A stretch of 64,000 bases of DNA, from contig NC_043021.1 in NCBI RefSeq assembly GCF_006345805.1, positions 12,958,001 to 13,022,000 on the forward strand. The letters run 5' to 3'. Below, piece by piece: positions 27,978 through 39,519 of this stretch (position 1 is the first letter of the stretch; the number at the start of each line of letters is the position of its first letter). The notes under the pieces were generated by a model. That model worked only from the letters and a program-made list of their open reading frames with translations. It was not told the DNA's origin and searched no databases. The stretch comes from Octopus sinensis (taxonomy: Eukaryota). The translations under genes and the position numbers were made by a program.

Positions 27978-28170
27978 ACTCACCCAAGTGTGAGGATCAA
28001 AGGAACTGAAACCAATTTCAACCCAGTCATGTGTTTGGATTTATCGTGTTCGAATCAAAATCCTCATATGCATTGTCCATTTTGTGTGAAGTCTGAATCT
28101 TATCAAGATCCTGTCATTCTCAAAGTCCACTACCGAGTGAAACATGTAGACAAGGGGATAGAATTTGCTG
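27978..28170 (+). CDS. Unnamed zinc-finger gene, exon 2 (Zn module 1)
   Basis: Long pyrimidine tract, then cag|THPSVRIKG...CLDLSCSNQNPHMHCPFC...HYRVKHVDKGIEFA+G|gtatgt. Phase 0/1. Confidence 0.85.
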
Positions 28171-29257
28171 GTATGTTGCTCTCTCTCTCTCTTTTACTTG
28201 TTTCAGTCATTTGACTGTGGCCATGCTGGAGCACCGACTTAATCAAGCAACTCAACCCCGGGACGTATTCTTTTGTAAGTCCAGTACATAATCTATCGGT
28301 CTCTTTTGCCAAACTGCTAAGTAACGGGGACATAACACACCAGCATCGATTGTCAAGCAATGCTAGGGGGACAAACACACACACACATATATATATATAT
28401 ACATATATACGACGGGCTTCTTTTCAGTTTCCGTCTACCAAATCCACTCACAAGGCTTTGGTTGGCCCGAGGCTATAGTAGAAGACACTTGCCCAAAGTG
28501 CCACGCACTGGGACTGAACCTGGAACCATGTGGTTGGTAAACAAGCTACTTACCACGCAGCCACTCCTGCTCTGATTTTTTCCGTTAAAAAATTTGCAAA
28601 TATTTCTTAAAAATTTAGAGCTGTTATCTATCTTTTACTTGTTTCAGTCACTGGAAGGTGGCCATGCTGGGGCACTACCTTAAAAGGGTTTAGTTGAACA
28701 AATTGACTCCAGCATTTAATGTTATTTTTTAATAACTTCTGGTACTTATTCTATCTGTCTCTTTTGCTGAACTGCTAAACCAGAAGGATGTAAATAAACC
28801 AACACTGGTTGTTTGTTTACGTATGTTGGGAGAAGATATCAAACATGGACACCAAGACAAACACATAACATATATATGTATATATATATCCTGCCCACAA
28901 CAGAATTTAAATTTTAAAACCAAGGTGCCATGTAAAAAGCGTTGGTATTGGCGATGGTGCCATGTAAAAAGCACCCAGTTTGCTCTGTAAAGTGGTTGGC
29001 ACTAGGAAAGACATCCAGCCATAGAAACCAAACCAAAACAGATTATGGAAGCTGGTGCAGCCCCTGGCTTTGCCAATTTCTGTCAAGCTGTCCAACCTAT
29101 GTTGATGATGATGATACACACACACACATAAGGTGGGGCAGAGAGGACGGATGTTTTTGAAATGGCTATTGTTCAGCCCCAGGAGGAGGGACATATGTCT
29201 CACAGGTACCATTTGGTCTGTGATGTCTTAGTATTTTTTTTCTTTTCAGGTGAAGCC

Positions 29258-29460
29258 ATGACACTGAACGGTAGAGTATTGCGTGCTTGCCTACGACAGT
29301 TACGTGAAGAATAACGACTCTGTCACAGAAGTTCAGCATGAGTTTCGGCGCCACTTCAACGTTCACCGAACTCAGGCTGTTGCCACCCATAACACAATCT
29401 TACGTTGGGTGAATGCACTTCGTACATGAGGTACACTAATGAATAGGAGACTGGTAGGAG
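29258..29460 (+). mobile_element. Tc1/mariner-type transposase N-terminal HTH fragment (DUF4817-like)
   Basis: YDSYVKNNDSVTEVQHEFRRHFNVHRTQAVATHNTILRWVNALRT, interrupted by a frameshift and a stop. Confidence 0.6.
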
Positions 29461-30109
29461 TACCATTCTTTAGAAGCCTAGTACTTATTCTATCAGTCTC
29501 TTTTGCTGAACCACTAAGTTACGGGGATGTAAACACACCACCATCAGTTGTCAAGTGATGTTGGGGAGACAAACATATACACTCATATACATATGCATAT
29601 ACATATATATGACGGGCTTCTTTCAGTTTCCGTCTACCAAATCCACTCTCGAGGCTTTGGTCGACCCAAGGCTATAGTAGAAGACACTTGCCCAAGGTGC
29701 CATGCAATGGGAATGAACCCGGAACCATGTGGTTGGTAAGCAAGCTACTTACCACACAACCACTCCTGCACCTGAATCTTTTTTTTGTGATTCTGTCCAT
29801 TCATTTGCCTGCAATGAACAAATATGGGAATTGAGAGACAGGCCTGTTGTTGTTATTTTTCTGAATGTTTTTTTTTTTTTTGTGATTCTGTTCATTTGCC
29901 AGTAATTATTACGCTTGAGCTGAATATGCAACTATTTATTTTTTTTTGCTCAGGAGCCCAGATGAAGGGTAAAGTTAGACATAGGGACCCGGGTCTGAGA
30001 AGGTTTAAAAACTACAGTATTTAATGATCAAACTATGTTTTATTGACCACCATGTGTTTTAATTAATTAATTAATGTTTTGTGTTTTAATAATGTTGTTG
30101 CTGTGACAG

Positions 30110-30300
30110 GTTTAAAGATTTTACGCTGCTGTGACCACTGCGACATAGTAGGAATTATCAAAGGTGAGAAGAAGTTCAAGAGGGCCCACTGGCACTGTTA
30201 CAAATGCCGAAATGGTTTCAACAGACGTGATGAGGCGATAAAACATTATAAAACACATTTTAGAAATCCACAGACAACATTCCAAATACAGATTGCTCAG
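30110..30300 (+). CDS. Unnamed zinc-finger gene, exon 3 (Zn module 2, C2H2)
   Basis: cag|GT+LKILRCCDHC...HWHCYKCRNGFNRRDEAIKHYKTH...QIAQ|gtgagt. Phase 1/0. Confidence 0.88.
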
Positions 30301-30361
30301 GTGAGTCGAATGAAACATCTGTATCTTCTTTCTTTATTTATTCCCATTTGAACTGAGATTA

Positions 30362-30760
30362 TCATCATCATCGTTTAACGTCTGCTTTCCATGCTAGCAT
30401 GGGTTGGACGATTTGACTGAGGTCTGGCGAACCAGATGGCTGCACCGGACTCCAATCTGATCTGGCAGAGTTTCTACAGCTGGATGCCCTTCCTAACGCC
30501 AACCACTCCGAGAGTGTAGTGGGTGCTTTTACGTTCCACCGGCACGAGGGCCAGTTAGGTGGTACTGGCACTGGCCACGCTCAAATGGTGCTTTTTATGT
30601 GCCACCTGCACAGGAGCCAGTCCAGCAGCACTGGCAACGACCTCGCTCGAATGTTTTTTTTCACATGCCACCAGCACAAGTGCTTGTAGGGCGATGCAGG
30701 TAACGATCACGTTTGAATGGTGTTTTTAATGTGCCATCGGCACGATGGCCAGCTTAAACT
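30362..30760 (-). mobile_element. SINE family B with a (GAT)n tail (many copies, e.g. 16600-16910, 25110-25430, 37450-37770, 46623-46880)
   Basis: Shared core gagtggttggcgttaggaagggcatccagctgtagaaac and the 3' end gcatggaaa...gacgttaaa(c/t)gatgatgat. Confidence 0.88.
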
Positions 30761-30968
30761 TTACTGTGGTAGATGCTGTGAGTAAAACTCCCATATAGGC
30801 GCAGGAGTGGCTGTGTGGTAAGTAGCTTGCTAACCAACCACATGGTTCCGGGTTCAGTCCTACTGCGTGGCATCTTGGGCAAGTGTCTTCTGCTATAGCC
30901 CCGGGCCGACCAATGCCTTGTGAGTGGATTTGGTAGACGGAAACTGAAAGAAGCCCGTCGTATATATG

Positions 30969-30999
<31 letters not shown>

Positions 31000-31408
31000 T
31001 TGTATGTCTGGTTTGTCCCCCTAGCATTGCTTGACAACCGATGCTGGTGTGTTTACGTCCCCGTCACTTAGCGGTTCGGCAATAGAGACCAATAGAATAA
31101 GTACTGGGCTTACAAAGAATAAGTCCCGGGGTCGATTTGCTCGACTAAAAAAAAGGCGGTGCTCCAGCATGGCCGCAGTCAAATGACTGAAACAAGTAAA
31201 AGAGAAAAGAGAAATAGGCTTTTGGTGCAAAATGCATGCTTGTTTATATCGATGGTGAGGAGATAAACCCCCACTAACTCCAGCACCAGGACCACCAGAT
31301 CATGAGATTTTGACCTTCCTTGGTCACCCCAGACTCTTTGCTTCCAATTGTTGTCATGCTTTTGCATGTCCAGTCTGTATCCCTCCCATTTTTTCTCTTT
31401 CATCCCAG

Positions 31409-31544
31409 GAAGTCACTCAAGCATCGAACGCAGGGGCTGAAGACCAAGCCGCCACTCACACAATCAGTCAAGAAGAAGTATCCATCCATCCAGTTCTTAC
31501 AGAAGCAGCCATATTGTCAAGTCCTAACACAGATGAACAGAACA
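31409..31544 (+). CDS. Unnamed zinc-finger gene, exon 4
   Basis: ttctctttcatcccag|EVTQASNAG...PNTDEQN+A|gtaagt. Phase 0/1. Confidence 0.8.
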
Positions 31545-32271
31545 GTAAGTTGTCGTAAATAGTTTCATTTGTCTGTACAGGTGAGGGCAAAGCCCTATGA
31601 GTATATGTAGCTCGTGTGGGTTGAGGTTGGGAGAGCAACTGTACATCACAAAACACCCACCAGTAGCAGGTGACTGCAGGAGTTATACAACTTGAAGTAC
31701 AGCCCTGACAGAGCAGACCTATGTTAAAAAAAAAAGCCTCCCAGCCATGACCATCACGTCTATTGTTTCTAATACTAAATTACTTATTGCAGTCCATGAT
31801 ATCATCATTTTCCTATTTAAAATAGGTTATGATTTAATAGAAATTTGACTGTTATTTTTGGCTGGCTGAGAGCCCACATAGAGAGTGCATTGTTGGTTGG
31901 ATGCCCTTCCTAATGCCAGCCACTTTACAGAGTGTGCTGGTTGCTTTTTATATGTCATCGGCATGGGTGCGTTTCCGCAGCATGGCACCTGTAAAGGACA
32001 AGCCTGTATGTATAGAGAACAGCAACTTTACTTAGCTTGATGTGTCTCCTTAAATACAGCAGATCATCACAGCTCCTGGTTCCCTGTCATTTCCTAAGAG
32101 AGGCCCAGTGCCTGAAGATCCTTTCTCACCTCTTCATTCTACACAGGTTCCCTCCACAATTACAGCTTGGAACTGTTTTATGCAACTGTCCTCATCCATA
32201 TGTTTCTATGTTTCTTGATATTTATTTTCCTTTTTCAGTCTAATCTTTTGCTTTTTTTTTTTCTCTTGCAG

Positions 32272-32453
32272 CCTACGTAAGTCGGACATCAAATAATATT
32301 TTGAGCAACGGCAAGTCCCCCGACAGAGCTGTGCACGTATCTGTGGCTGCAAATGAGACAGTAGACACGACAGACAGCCAAACTATCATGATCATCAAAG
32401 AAGACATTACAGACATCAACAACTCCTTCACCACCCAAATTGTCTCGAATGAT
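32272..32453 (+). CDS. Unnamed zinc-finger gene, exon 5
   Basis: ttttctcttgcag|CC+YVSRTSNNILSNGK...TQIVSND|gtaagt. Phase 1/0. Confidence 0.8.
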
Positions 32454-32618
32454 GTAAGTTGGAGAGATCTTACGAACCTTTTGTCAGTATTCTAATAGCA
32501 TTAGCTACTTTTAACATACACTTTTTCATCTAACTCATGCTAGCATGGTAAAACAGACATAAAACAAATGAATATATGAACATACATACATAGATACATA
32601 CACACATACACATTATTT

Positions 32619-33330
32619 TTACAGGGTGTGGTCAATAAAATATTGTCTAAATTATGCAAAAATGAAAATAACACTGACATCTCATTTTAATAGATATATT
32701 TACCAAAATTACATAAAAATATTTTGAAATACTAAAGAGTAAATTTATTCAGTAAAATCACCATTGGCTTCAACCATGGTCTCCAGACAACTTCGGAATC
32801 TCCTGCAATTCTTCTGGATGATCTCCTTGTTGAAGTTGGTGAATGCTGCCATAATCCTTGCCTTCAGTTCATCTTTGGTGTTACAAGGAGTTCTGTTGGT
32901 CTCTTGCTCAACTGCGCTCCACACATAATAATCAAGGGGGTTGCACAGGTGTTGGGGATGATGTGGTTACAGAAATTGTCTGACAGCCATGATTGGGTTC
33001 TCCTGCTTGTGTGGCATGATGCAGAGTCCTGTTGCTTGACATAGGGTCTTCCAGCAGCCACCCTCTTGACTCAGGCAGCACTACCTCCTCCAGGCACTTG
33101 ATGTAGGCCTCCATGTTGAGTCTGAAGTTATGTGGGAAGATGAATGGCAGCATAATGTTGACTGTATGTTTGATTTTTATCACTCTCGGTACATGTTTTG
33201 GGGACACAGTAAGCCAACGGTTGTTCTGTGTGTTCACCATCTGATTCTGGCAGAAATTTTTCTCGTCTGAGAAAAACCAAAGCATATTTGGTTGGAGGGG
33301 ATGCTTTAGTTTGTTCAAAAGCACAGTGTT
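32619..33330 (-). mobile_element. Degenerate Tc1/mariner (maT/DD37D-like) transposon
   Basis: Fragments WFFSDEK, NTQNNRW, AYIKCLEEVVLP and QQDSASCHTSRRTQSWL. A terminus-like tacagggtgtggtcaataaa lies at 32619. Confidence 0.75.
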
Positions 33331-33452
33331 TCCTTTTGTTCTGCTGTGTGGATGGATCTTCTTGGTATATTCCTATTCTTTTTCTTTCAAATTGTAATTC
33401 TTGTTGGCTTTTGTTACACCATATGCTTTGGTTTTCATATTTTTGATCCTAG

Positions 33453-33587
33453 GACGTAACAATATTTAATAATAAACTCTCAGAAAAAGAGTATGCATTG
33501 CTTCAAGACAAATACGATCAATTGGCACTCGACAAAGCTCAACAGGAACAAGATTTCAAGGCAGAAATTGAGCAACTCAAGCTACAG
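33453..33587 (+). CDS. Unnamed zinc-finger gene, exon 6 (coiled coil)
   Basis: cctag|DVTIFNNKLSEKEYALLQDKYDQLALDKAQQEQDFKAEIEQLKLQ|gtaagc. Phase 0/0. Confidence 0.85.
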
Positions 33588-34948
33588 GTAAGCGATGTTA
33601 CAGACTTCCATATATATCTCTGCGTGAATGGAGAATCACTGGAGTGCTATGTTGGTTTTTGTATCCCATTCCATATAAAAGATCTTTACAGCATTTAGGA
33701 AGTTCTGTAAATATGACTTCACTGTCTTTTCATTTCTTGTGTCAGCAGTTTATCTAGCATGGGGTATGGGAAAGAAATCTGAGATCCCCTTTGGTCACGA
33801 TACTGACCATGGGATTGCACCTAAAAAGCTACCCTCCCAGTCACAAGTCCGGGTAAGGTTGTTTATGGAAGACCAGCAGTCACCCATGCATACCGGTCTC
33901 CCTTCTCCATGCCACCAGTGTTATCCAAGGGAAAGGCAAAGGGGCCGATACAGCTTGGCCCCTGTGACGTCACAACTCATTTCTACAGCTGAGTGAACTG
34001 GAGCAATGTGAAATAAAGTGTCTTGCTCAAGAATACAACACGCAGCCCGGCCCAGGAATCAAACTCAACCTCACGATTGTATGCTCGATGCTCTAACCAC
34101 AGAGCCATGTGCCCTCACACTGAGCCATTTAATTAATAATATTTTTTATAATCAACTACCATGCATTGACTAAGTAAGTTTCATATTAAGGCTGTGCCGT
34201 ACGCATGGGATTTGAACCCACATCTTATGTATTAGCAACAAGTGTGCTACCATTTACATTAACGTACTCCTATGTTGCAAATACTTAGAGGTGTGGGTTT
34301 GAGTCCCATGCATATGATAAACCCTACTTTTTTCCATTGAGAGTTTATAAGCCCCAATATTAGACTATTTAACTTAGTCAATACTTGGTGACCGCTTATT
34401 AGAATATTATTTACAAATTGTGAAATTCAGCACTGGTTACCAAATACTCGCAGAAAACTAATTTGTTTTGAAGAGAGAAATGTAACTGATAATAAAGTGC
34501 CCTCAAACAGCTGTCATCCTCTGTATGTAGATGTGTATATATATATATATATCCATGTGCTCATGCATCATCAGCATCTGCTTTCCATGCTGGCATGGGT
34601 TGGACTTTGGTGTTTGTAAATGTTTTAGCTGGAAGATCAAAACTAATTTTCTAAATCCTTCTTTATAGATCAAAACTAATTTTATAGATCCTTCTTTCAA
34701 AGTTCCTACTATTGATTACATTAACTTCAGTGCTCAACTGGTCCTTAATTTTAGCAACCCCAGTGTACTTAATTTATTGACCCCCAAAGATGAAAGGCAA
34801 TGTCAGCTATGGAATTTGAACATAAACCTGGAGAAAATGCCACTAAGCATTTTATCGTATGTGCCAGGTTGTTTCCTTTGTAATACTATACGCATAGCAA
34901 AACATTATAATTCGGTTTAAAATCAATTTTATTTTTGTATGTTTTCAG

Positions 34949-35767
34949 ATTGAATTACTCAATAAAGAACTTTCTAATTACCAGAAGAGAGAACAGGAGT
35001 TGATAAATCAACTTTGTCCACCGGCAGAGAAAACAGTTGCTGAATTAATTGAACAAATGGAGGTGCAGCATCGGAACTTACTGAACCAACACTTAGCTCA
35101 GCTACGCAGTACCTACCTATCGAATCTACCGTCTCACTTGACCGACACTACTATAGTGACCACGTCGACTACATCTTCTCAATCGGACACTCTGCTGACT
35201 TCGTCTGCTGTTGCCGACGATGGATGCGAGCAGGAGCAGCAGGTAGAGAGCGAAGAATACGAGACAGCATCCTCTTTGCGACAGCATCATCAGTCCCATG
35301 TCGCAGTCGAGGTAGACAGTGCAGAGAGCCTAGAGCAACATCAACAGGAACATATAGCTTATTTAACAGACAATGTTGTGGCCCGTATACAGACGGCTCA
35401 CTCTCATAGTGGCCAGGTCCACGACGACATTGTAATCATAACTTCGTCTGAAGATCCAACAGATCAGAACGAACCGAACGAAAGTGGTGGTATGGAGAGT
35501 GAGCCTTTAATCATATGTGCTTCGACAATGGACGAGGCTGTCAGTTGCAGCACTAACAACGAAGCCGAGAACAACGAGGCTACAGTGATTGATCCGCAAC
35601 AGGAGCAGCTAAGTACGGAAGAGGAGAAAAGTGGTTCTAAAGCTGATACAGCGACAGAGGTTCAAGTGGTCAGTATAATTCACGCCCCGAGCAAAAACGA
35701 CATACCTGTTAATCAACCGAAACCCCCCTTTGAACCACCAAACAAACGGCTGCGCACTGAAACGTGA
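34949..35767 (+). CDS. Unnamed zinc-finger gene, terminal exon (end of coiled coil, acidic disordered tail, basic C-terminal NLS-like PPNKRLRTET)
   Basis: ttttcag|IELLNKELSNYQKREQELINQL..., in frame with ORF 35000-35767. The total spliced CDS is 1671 nt (556 aa plus stop). Confidence 0.88.
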   Translation: MELLNKELSNYQKREQELINQLCPPAEKTVAELIEQMEVQHRNLLNQHLAQLRSTYLSNLPSHLTDTTIVTTSTTSSQSDTLLTSSAVADDGCEQEQQVESEEYETASSLRQHHQSHVAVEVDSAESLEQHQQEHIAYLTDNVVARIQTAHSHSGQVHDDIVIITSSEDPTDQNEPNESGGMESEPLIICASTMDEAVSCSTNNEAENNEATVIDPQQEQLSTEEEKSGSKADTATEVQVVSIIHAPSKNDIPVNQPKPPFEPPNKRLRTET

Positions 35768-38052
35768 ATAACAACACTAAAACAAAAAGAAAAGACAAAA
35801 AAATGTTCCAAATGGAGAGGAGTTGGGGTTCGTGCTTGTAACGTTTCACTGAAGATTGTTAACGATCAGTACAGTTTGAAGCTTTCTACACAGTCTTGCA
35901 TTTAATGAGCTTTAAAAAAAATAATGAATTTTTTAATCAACAAATGGGAATTTCTTATCAAGTTGACTCACAAAACAAATAGGTTAACCTTGTGAGAGTC
36001 CCAAATGTGTTGAGGTGGGCAAGGTGTACAGGCAAGCTGGTATAAATGTTCAACAGTTCAGAATTTAATTGAAGGGGAAGATTTCGGAGTTATCAGACAA
36101 GTAATTCTATAGAAAGATTCTCTCTGGTTCATATTGAAATTTCTTCTTTACCTCATGTGTTAAAACATTGTGTGTTTGTACATGTGTTGTGTATGTATGT
36201 ATGTTTTGTTTTCTGTGTATCTGACAGAAATATTTGTATGTACACTTGGAATAACAGAAAAAGTCAAACCAAAACAAATGTAAAAGAGTGGGGGAGGGAA
36301 CTAACTCTCAGCATCACTTCTTCACTCCCAGTCCTGACAGTTAAAAAAAAAAACAAAAAAAACCTTCCTTCAATTAAGGTTTAATCTTCTTCTTCCCTTT
36401 TGTCCTGTCTGGTTCATGTAGAAAAGAGAAGTCCTAAAATAACAAAATAAGATCCGTGCACATTGAAACAGTGTAAATAAAGAATATTTATTTTCTTTGA
36501 CTTGTTTTACTCTGAGATTTCCGACGAGAATGAGATGTTAAACATTTTAGCTAGATGGTGGTGTGTTTACGTCCCCGTAACTTAGCAGCTCGGCAAAAGA
36601 GACTGATAGAATAAGTACTAGGCTTACAAAGAATAAGTCCTGGGGTTGATTTGCTCAACTAAAGGCGGTGCTCCAGCATGGTTACAGTGAAATGACTGAA
36701 ACAAGTAAAAGAATAAAAGAGATGTGTGTGTGTATCTATGTGCTTGTCCCCATCACTGCTTGAAAACAGGTGCTGGTATATTTAGTTCCTCGTAAATGTC
36801 CCCCAACATTTAGCACTCAGATTATTCTGTCAAATCCAATGCTTATTTATTACCTCCGCCTTAGCAAAGGCATTGTTTTCAGTTGTGTTTGTTTGTCCGT
36901 GGACAAGATATCTCAAGAACCGCTGGATGGATATGGATGAAACTTCCAGGGATGTGTGGTCTCGTGACTGGTACGAACTGATTAGATTTGGGGATAAATC
37001 CAGTACCAGACAAGGATTCTAGATTATTTTTCCTGGTTTTTTTTTTTCTTACTTAATTTTTGAGAGTGGTCGGGTCCATTTTTAGTATTCTCGCTTGTGA
37101 GAACACTAGTTTATTTCAGATATTCTCATTTTAAAAATCATCTCTGGCTAATCATTGAGAGGATATAGGTGTTTCTTTTCAAATAACTGAGTATTATCTC
37201 ATAGCATTAAGATTTCAATGATGTGATCGTGTATTTTCAGAACGATATTGTAGAACAGGTATAAGAGGTTGGATCTGATCAGTTTGAACATAAAACAGGT
37301 TGTATACTTGGGCTGGTTTAAATTCTAAAGGGTTAAACCAGCCATATGTAGCCCAAGTATTCTACCAGTCATATGTTCAAACTGGCCAGATTTGCCTCTT
37401 CACATCTACTCTACAATGTTAGTTTAAAAATAACATCAAATTGTAGTTGTGAGCCCCGTGCCAGTAGCACGTAAAAAGCACCATCCGAACGTGGCTGATG
37501 CCAGTGCCGCCTTGATTGGCTTCTGTGCCGGTGGCACATAAGCATTCTCCGATAATGGTTGATGCCAGCTTGCTCTGGCCCCTTGTGCTGGGGGGCACTT
37601 AAAAAGCACCCGCTACACTCTCGAAGTGGTTGGCGTTAGGAAGGGCATCAAGCTGTAGAAACGCTGCCAGATCAGATTGGGGCCTGGTGCAGCCTTTTAG
37701 CTCCCCAGACCCCAGTCGAACCGTCCAACCATGCCAGCAATGGAAAATGGACGTTAAATGATGATGATTATTGAAATCTCAAAGCTGTGAGATAATCCAT
37801 GATTAATTCAAATCAAGGAGTAAATACTATTTGATGGAGCAATCTGAATGCTAAAGGGGGCTAAAAATAATTACCTAAATCATACTTCACACACACGTAT
37901 TCATTCATCTGTTCATGCCCCGCATATATAAATACACACACACACACATTAGCTATTTAGTGTATTGTTGAAGTCAAAACAAGACCAAATTTAGAAAAAA
38001 GGTAATTTTTATTGTAAAAGATATATTTAAAAAAACTGTATAAAAGTTGAAG

Positions 38053-38131
38053 TCATTGAGGGGCATCTATCACAAGTTCAGCATCATCGTCGACATCACC
38101 CAACAATCCTGAGGCGTCCTGGGCTGTTTCA
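38053..38131 (-). CDS. INO80E: INO80E terminal exon
   Basis: ttcttctggcag|T+ETAQDASGLLGDVDDDAELVIDAPQ*, versus the human C-terminus ...DGDDDLVIDIPE. Confidence 0.88.
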
Positions 38132-39519
38132 CTGCCAGAAGAAAATGGAAAGAGAAACACATTTATTTTTGTAGAGAGAATTAGAAATGAAGGAATTATA
38201 AATTTATACTCAGTCTTTACCCATTGCTATGCTGTGGGTAAAAAAAAAATTGTTAATCATGCACACATTTGCAGGCATGGCTGTGTGGTAAGAAGCTTGC
38301 TTCCCAACCACATGGTTCTGAGTTCAGTCCCACCGTGTGGCACCTTGGGCTGACCAAAGCTTTGTGAGTGGATTTGGTAGGTGCAAACTGAAAGAAACTC
38401 ATTGTGTGTGTGTATATAAATATATATATATATATATTATAGGTGTAGGAGTGGCTGTGTGGTAAGCTTGTTTACGGACCACATGGTTCCGGGTTCAGTA
38501 CCACAGTGTAGCACCTTGGGCCAGTGTCTTCTACTATAGCCTCGGGCCAACCAAAGCCTTGTGAGTGGATTTGGTGGATGAAAACTGAAAGAAGCCTGTC
38601 ATGTATATATGTATGAGTGTGTATATGTTTGTGTTTGTTCCCCAACATTGCTTAACAACCGATGGTGGTGTGTTTACGTCCCCGTAACTTAGTGGTTTGG
38701 CAAAAGTGACCGATAGAATAAGTACTAGGCTTACAAAGAATAAGTCCTGGGGTCGATTTGCTCGACTAAAGGCGGTGCTCCAGCATGGTTACAGTGAAAT
38801 GACTGAAACAAGTAAAATAATAAAAGAGATATATGTGTGTGTGTATCTATGTGCCTGTCCCCGTCACTGCTTGAAAACAGGTGCTGGTATATTTAGTTCC
38901 TCGTAACTTAGTGTTTCAGCAAAAGATGCTGAGAGAACAAGTCCTAGGCTTAAAAAGTAAGTCCTGGTGGTGACTTTTTTTTTCAGCTAAAAATTCTAAG
39001 GTAGTCACAGCATGGCCACAGTCAACTGAAACAAGGAAAAGGATACTTTTAACAGTAAACTGTTGGTGAGAATACTCTACTTGCCTGTCTATCTCTCACC
39101 TGTATTTCTGTCAACAGTAACAACCAAAAACATAATTATATTGTTATATAATGAAAGACTTGTTTTTTTTTTTTAAAGCTGTGTTTTGACAGAATTGTAC
39201 TTAAAATTCCCGCATTTTTCATTACAATGGTGACAACACTACCTATCTGTCTTTCTTTCAAATTTTTCTCCTCCCCTTCTCCCAGTAGATTTGATGGACA
39301 GACTGAAGGAAATTTGCTTCTCTTTAATAATATGGGATTTTGAAGAAGCATTTCTTTTCAACATATGCATTCTTTTCAATTGCATGAACTAAAAGTCGGA
39401 GGGGCAATGGGATAAACTACCAGCATCAACTTGCTATGAAAGCAGGTAGTAATTTTACCTTTGTATTTATTCTTAGTGCAAGTTTTGAAGAGCACAATTT
39501 TATTTTAACAGTTACTTTT

